A DNA stretch of 64,000 nt from the NCBI GenBank assembly GCA_964658305.1, contig OZ210885.1, positions 23,436,001-23,500,000 of the forward strand. The letters run 5' to 3'. Below are positions 59,998 to 64,000 of the stretch, piece after piece (positions within the stretch are counted from its first letter, which is position 1; the number at the start of each line of letters is the position of its first letter). The DNA comes from Leptogorgia sarmentosa. Lineage: Eukaryota. The notes below the pieces were generated by a model that did no database searches, was not told the DNA's origin, and saw nothing but the letters and a program-made list of their open reading frames with translations. The position numbers were made by a program, and so were the translations under genes.

Positions 59998-62662
59998 ATA
60001 TATATATATAGTATATATAGTATGCATATATAGTATTTTTTGTATTTTGACTATTACAAGTTACAACTCTTATTTTTCTGACGCCCTCGCAGCTTTAGAG
60101 CAGGACATGTATTATTAAAAATTCAATATACATCTATACTAGCAATTTACCGTTTAGAATCGTATTATATAAGTAATTTATTTCTTTGCTTCCTAGACTA
60201 AAATGCCACATTAATAATCTAGTTGTATTGTAGCGGCCTAGACAAGCTGGCGCATTGATAAAAAGTCACACAAAAATCGAGACAAAAGTTTATAAAGACA
60301 TATTATTGAGTAACTTCACTTTTAAATTATTTAAGTACAAAAACGCGATAAGAGCTAAAACTTTGTAGTTTTATTTTAGCCGACACTATTATCAATGCTT
60401 ATTTCAACAAAAATCATTAGACTAATTAGATTCTTAATATATCAGGGTATAGTAAAAACAAATGAAGCAATCGGCAAAGTTATCCAAATCAGATGTTGCT
60501 ATTAACAATCGAAAAATTAAAAATATATATTTCCAAGCAATTTGTAGATTCGAAATAATTTAGGGCTGTATGACGTCATTATGACGTCACTGACTAACAA
60601 GATGTAAACCACACCCTAATTGTTTAAATTTTAGCATGCAAGACAACTAATGACAGTCAGTGATCATCAGTGGATCAACAGGTGGGAAATTTGTCGGCGC
60701 TGACCAAAAAATCGCGGGCACATTGTGTTTACATTCCAAAACATGGCAGAAAGTTAGCAAACGACTGTTTTAGCTGACGAATTTTTGCTTTTTATTCAAA
60801 TGATGTCTAACTTAGTGCTTAATCTTTTAAAACCGATCATGAATTCCTTGTCTTGCGGTGGTTTTTTTTGCAATCGAGTGCGTGGAAGAAGTAAATATGG
60901 CGACGTTAAAATAGGAGCAAATGAGTGGCAAATACCATAAATGTCGAGATGTGGCTTGTTTAAACCGTAATCAACGAGGAAAACGTGCTATGAGAATGAA
61001 ATGAAAGTTGAAATTATTCTTTTTATTTCTCAAATTACCCATAATTTGTTTGTTAGTGTAACTTGTGCGATTTATACTCGAAGTACTAGCTCGCGAAATT
61101 TGACGAATTTTGAAAATTTGTGAAAATAGCTTGGCTTTGAACTGTATTTTTGTAAAAATCGCCGGTGGCCTCAATTTCAAATATAGCTAAATGAAAAGTA
61201 ACACTTCTTTGGCGTTTAGTGGTACCAAACCTATCAACAGGAAAATAGGGCCTCATGATGCTTTAGTTAAGTGTTTTAGACCCACTTGCTTCACACGTAT
61301 TGTGGTCAAATTCTGGCCAAGAATCAAAGACCCAAAAGTTAATTTACATCATCAAATCTGCTTCGAGAAAGGTCTAGTTTAAAAATATAGCTTTTAATTT
61401 AGATTTCGTGAGCGTAATTTGGTTAGAAATGAAATATTTTTGTATTTGATGGGATTCAAAATTTTGGGTTTATTCAAGTCAGGCTTCAGTGTAATTATAA
61501 TGATAACCGGCAATGAAATGAAGATATTTCAAAAACTGGCGGTGGCCTCACGATGAAACATTCCAAAAATACTCTCCACTTCATGTATTTTCTTGTGATA
61601 CTTTACTTGTAAGCGTCAAAATAGGGCCTTGAACAGTCCCGGGGTTTGTATTTTAGCCTTCGGTAGAAGTGAAATCTCACGCCTCATCACAAGTTATTTT
61701 GCTCCGCCGTGATTTGTGCTCTGTCGCTGATATTTAAACCTTTACGACATAAATATTGTCATCCTCGTTACGATACGAACATTTCAAAAAAATTCTAATT
61801 ATTGCAGATTAACTTGTGACTGTAAACAGTAGGTAGAAGTATGCCATTCAGAATCGACACAAGATTTGTTTTGATTGTTCGTGAAATGTACATTTCTTCT
61901 TCCCGCAAAATACACGCACGTCTCGTGGGGATTTCCCGCGCATGCTCAGACAAATTTCCCACCTGTTCAGTGGATCAAAATATGATGTACATCGGTAAGT
62001 AAAAGATTTCTTTCACTGCATTCGTCATTTTGATGACTTCACTTTTTGTGACGTCATTTTCTCACTGAATATCGCAATTTCAGCTTTGGTAACAAGCATT
62101 TTCGTATTCAGCAGATAAAAGTACTTCAGAAAGTGCTTGTTACCAACTTTTACTAAGAAATGCCTTCAGATTTTTTTTCAAGCGCCTTATTTGAAATTTC
62201 GACTAGTCTAAAATTAATTCATGTATTAAATGCCATTTAAATCGCACAATAATTTAATTACATATCTGTTTATATAATAAATATATCAACACTGACAACA
62301 CAATCACATCGATCCTTCCATTTCATTCGAATATAAAATATTAATTTCCAATGATTTCATAATATAGTTTCATCTTGTGTATAACTCAGAAAGACAATCA
62401 TAAATATTAAAATATGCTAAATTTGAAGTGCTAACCTTAGAGCAATCAGATCAGCAACACTTCTCTTGACGGAATCAGGGATGAAATTTTCTGCATTAAT
62501 ATTTCGAAAAATATCAACTCCAACACGCTGTAGTATATTAGCATTCGTACACATTGTGCGAGATAACATTGACGCTGACATTTCATTGTAAATACGACGC
62601 AAAGTTACTTCATCTTTGCTAGATAAAGCACTTTTTATGCGGTCTTGTATTAAAGACGCCAT
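42922..62662 (-). CDS. Intact two-exon hAT transposase (~1086 aa) with N-terminal OTU/vertnin-like domain; exon 1 62662-62436, exon 2 45955-42922
   Basis: Donor CTAAG|GTTAG and acceptor attttAG|ATCT join in phase 2 to give LIALRSNASGDCLYSSVS. Then a TTF-type Zn finger (FCLSCVLF...H...H), LRGH, IADET, GQGYDGA, HCYSHRLNL, TRW and CERSFSALRRLKDYTRSTM (hATC). Confidence 0.88.
46498..47945. mobile_element. Non-autonomous Kolobok-type element in the left Academ TIR
   Basis: TTAA TSD (46494-46497, 47946-47949); TIR AGGACATTGGCAACGAAAATTTTTATT with 5'-RR ends rather than the piggyBac CCY; further imperfect subterminal inverted repeats. Confidence 0.82.
48425..52911 (-). pseudogene. Academ transposase with XPG/FEN1-like nuclease domain and C-terminal Cys-rich finger; several frameshifts
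   Basis: Transposase motifs: FSADNID, TFHATQ, ITVDQALY, MGGLHI, NYARW. XPG-like motifs: HKEADT, DTDV, GCDTTS. C-terminus: CSCRTGCTTCRCSCKKSSLFCTSVCGC. Confidence 0.85.
53260..54689 (+). pseudogene. THAP + HTH + DDE_Tnp_4 transposase; two frameshifts in A-runs
   Basis: THAP: CAVFGCSN...W...VCSNHF...P. DDE: VIVDCCE, SSYK, GSISD, VMADKGF, RSHVECAI. Confidence 0.92.
54723..57185 (-). pseudogene. ISL2EU second protein: OTU + SAP-like + SWIM + YqaJ exonuclease; one premature TAG at ~57078-57080
   Basis: OTU: ATG 57185 ...VRGDGNCFYRAMA...WAETID...HFNVL. SAP-like: MKLKELKTYVTERGV. SWIM: CTCKGG...CRH. YqaJ: GASPDG...EIKCP...YFQIQ. Confidence 0.88.
57377..59998 (+). mobile_element. 5'-truncated CR1/L2-group LINE (partial APE + RT), one frameshift at ~59340
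   Basis: APE: AGDFN, LDLIL, SDH. RT: RPISLTS, DYRKAFD, GVPQGTKLGP, YADD. AATAAA precedes a (TCTA)n tail, and both flanks read TATATATATATAGTATA (TSD). Confidence 0.93.
59919..60010. repeat. (TATC)n microsatellite tail followed by (TA)n
   Basis: Directly visible. Confidence 0.97.
60677..61967. mobile_element. MITE copy 2 with a 9-bp TSD, in the right Academ TIR
   Basis: TIR AACAGGTGGGAAATTTGTC / GACAAATTTCCCACCTGTT; TSD CAGTGGATC (60668-60676, 61968-61976). Confidence 0.93.
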
Positions 62663-64000
62663 ACTAACTATGAAATGATTGCACTCAATTGCGCAAGTGG
62701 TGCAAGCAAGCCACTCTGCAAGCTAGCTAAGCGCGCATTTTGTCCGCAGGATTTGCACACAAAACCGCATTGAAATGCTGCAAAAACGAAGGCTCAATAC
62801 CATGCGCAATGACGTAAATCGTGATTTTGACCAATCAGAAGTCAAAATCGCGCTTACCCAAGCCTGCATGTTAGTCGCAAACTCGCTGGCGCGACTTACT
62901 TTGCGGGCAGCGCTTGAACTCGTTGTTAGGTTACATGATTTGTTTATAGTTCGCGTTCTCCGTTTGACCTTTGACTTGTGTCATGGAACATGATACTTCA
63001 TTTAAATAAAATTTAAATACGAAGTTTAAAAGACGGAAATCGTTCATTTTGCAATTAATATTTCGAAAATATTTGATTATATTTGGCAAATTAATCATTA
63101 AAAAATTATTTAAGAAATATTGCAATAAATCAATAATCCTCTGGATTTTTTTACTACGTCCTGCGACGTAGAAGACGTAGTCTGGATCCGCCCCTGGGAT
63201 AAACACTACCTTTTATATTAAAAATTGCAGTATGCTATTTCTTACTGATCAGTGTTGTCATTTGGGTCATAGTGACCTTGTTCCAGCAGCATTTGAAGCT
63301 TTCTTTTGAAATATTTCTCAAGTCTACTGTGCAATTCATGCCACCACCTTTCAATCTGGAAGTAATGATTAATGTAAAGTACTCCATTTGGAATCAATAA
63401 ATTATGCAATATTACTCAAGTTAAAGGCTGCTACATGAAATATTCGACAAGGGCATTCCTGTCTTTTAATAATTACCTTGTTGCTTGTAGATGGACAATA
63501 ATGAACTGTATTTTCAGGCATGAATGGTGGCTATGTCCTTTGTTTCGGTGCCTTTGTCAAGACGAAGATGTTGGCTAATGACTAAAAACAATCATACATA
63601 ACTAACTTAAAAATATTTCATTTTAGGCATATACATTAGTTGACCTGCATCTAAGGACGAAAGCGGACTTATATTCATTTATGCAAGGTTTCATTCGTAA
63701 AGATCTAAGATGTGATTGGTTATGTTAGTGAATATATGCTAATGCGACCTAAACATTCTAAACGCGACTTAAGGCAACTTATGTATGCAGATTATTTAAT
63801 CGTTTTGATATGGAAGAGGATCCAATTACTGTTAACGTCTGCAAATTGTATAACCACATTCAGGATGCCTCATCCGATATACTAAATTTATATAGTATAA
63901 AATGTACAAGCCAGCTGGCAAGTGAAGTATCTCTCCATCTCCAATTATTGTGACAGAGGAATCCACACTGAATAAACACGATTCTGCCATTATTGTCCAT

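Larger units (their letters stand above)
46032..62210 (-). mobile_element. Academ (AcademX-like) transposon with ~600-bp TIRs, inside the hAT intron
   Basis: Ends TAGACTAGTCGA / TCGACTAGTCTA with AAA on both flanks (3-bp TSD). The left TIR is 46032-46497 plus 47950-48075; the right TIR is 60244-60676 plus 61977-62210. Confidence 0.88.
42344..63196 (-). mobile_element. 20.9-kb hAT transposon with perfect TIRs and TSD
   Basis: TIR CAGGGGCGGATCCAG (42344-42358) / CTGGATCCGCCCCTG (63182-63196); 8-bp TSD GGATAAAC (42336-42343, 63197-63204). Confidence 0.96.
41576..63580 (-). pseudogene. Multi-exon rve-type DDE integrase/transposase (IS3EU-like) whose intron hosts the large hAT
   Basis: Exons at ~63475-63580 (LRLDKGTET...STSNK|), ~63247-63355 (IERWWHELHSRLEKYF), ~42048-42193 (WNSHR...PKGIPDHLY) and ~41576-41764, with GT/AG boundaries. 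Frameshifted. Confidence 0.7.

Noticed and set aside
59900..60118. ORF with LSIY repeats
   Set aside because: Translation of the (TATC)n microsatellite.
1..64000. Strong strand bias of TEs as in a unistrand piRNA cluster
   Set aside because: Many elements are on the - strand, but Harbinger, BEL, both LINEs, Penelope and the ISL2EU transposase are on +; the bias is not convincing.

Overview
This is AT-rich eukaryotic DNA with spliceosomal introns, probably from an invertebrate animal (inference). It consists almost entirely of nested transposable elements, and I recognise no ordinary host gene. From left to right: a decayed multi-exon kinase / Cys-protease-like / Mutator-like gene, with a Penelope 3' fragment (hammerhead-like motif) in one intron; a decayed DIRS1-type retrotransposon carrying a Helentron-type HINE and a MITE with a 9-bp TSD; Ulp1/PHD remnants; two related split-direct-repeat (Ngaro/PAT-like) tyrosine-recombinase retrotransposons; an alpha-kinase fragment; a Harbinger containing a piggyBac (itself holding a Tc1) and a BEL/Pao LTR element; and an rve-integrase gene whose intron holds a 20.9-kb hAT with perfect TIRs and TSD. 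The hAT's OTU/vertnin-like transposase is intact across a 16.5-kb intron filled by an Academ element, which holds a Kolobok-type MITE, an ISL2EU, a LINE and a second copy of the 9-bp-TSD MITE. The most notable observation concerns the two YR retrotransposons. Each has a short ATG leader exon ending ...LE|GT, and phase-0 splice acceptors precede gag and the recombinase (both copies) and pol (the better-preserved copy). This suggests all proteins are expressed by alternative splicing from one leader. Family assignments come from motif recognition by eye; no database search was run.
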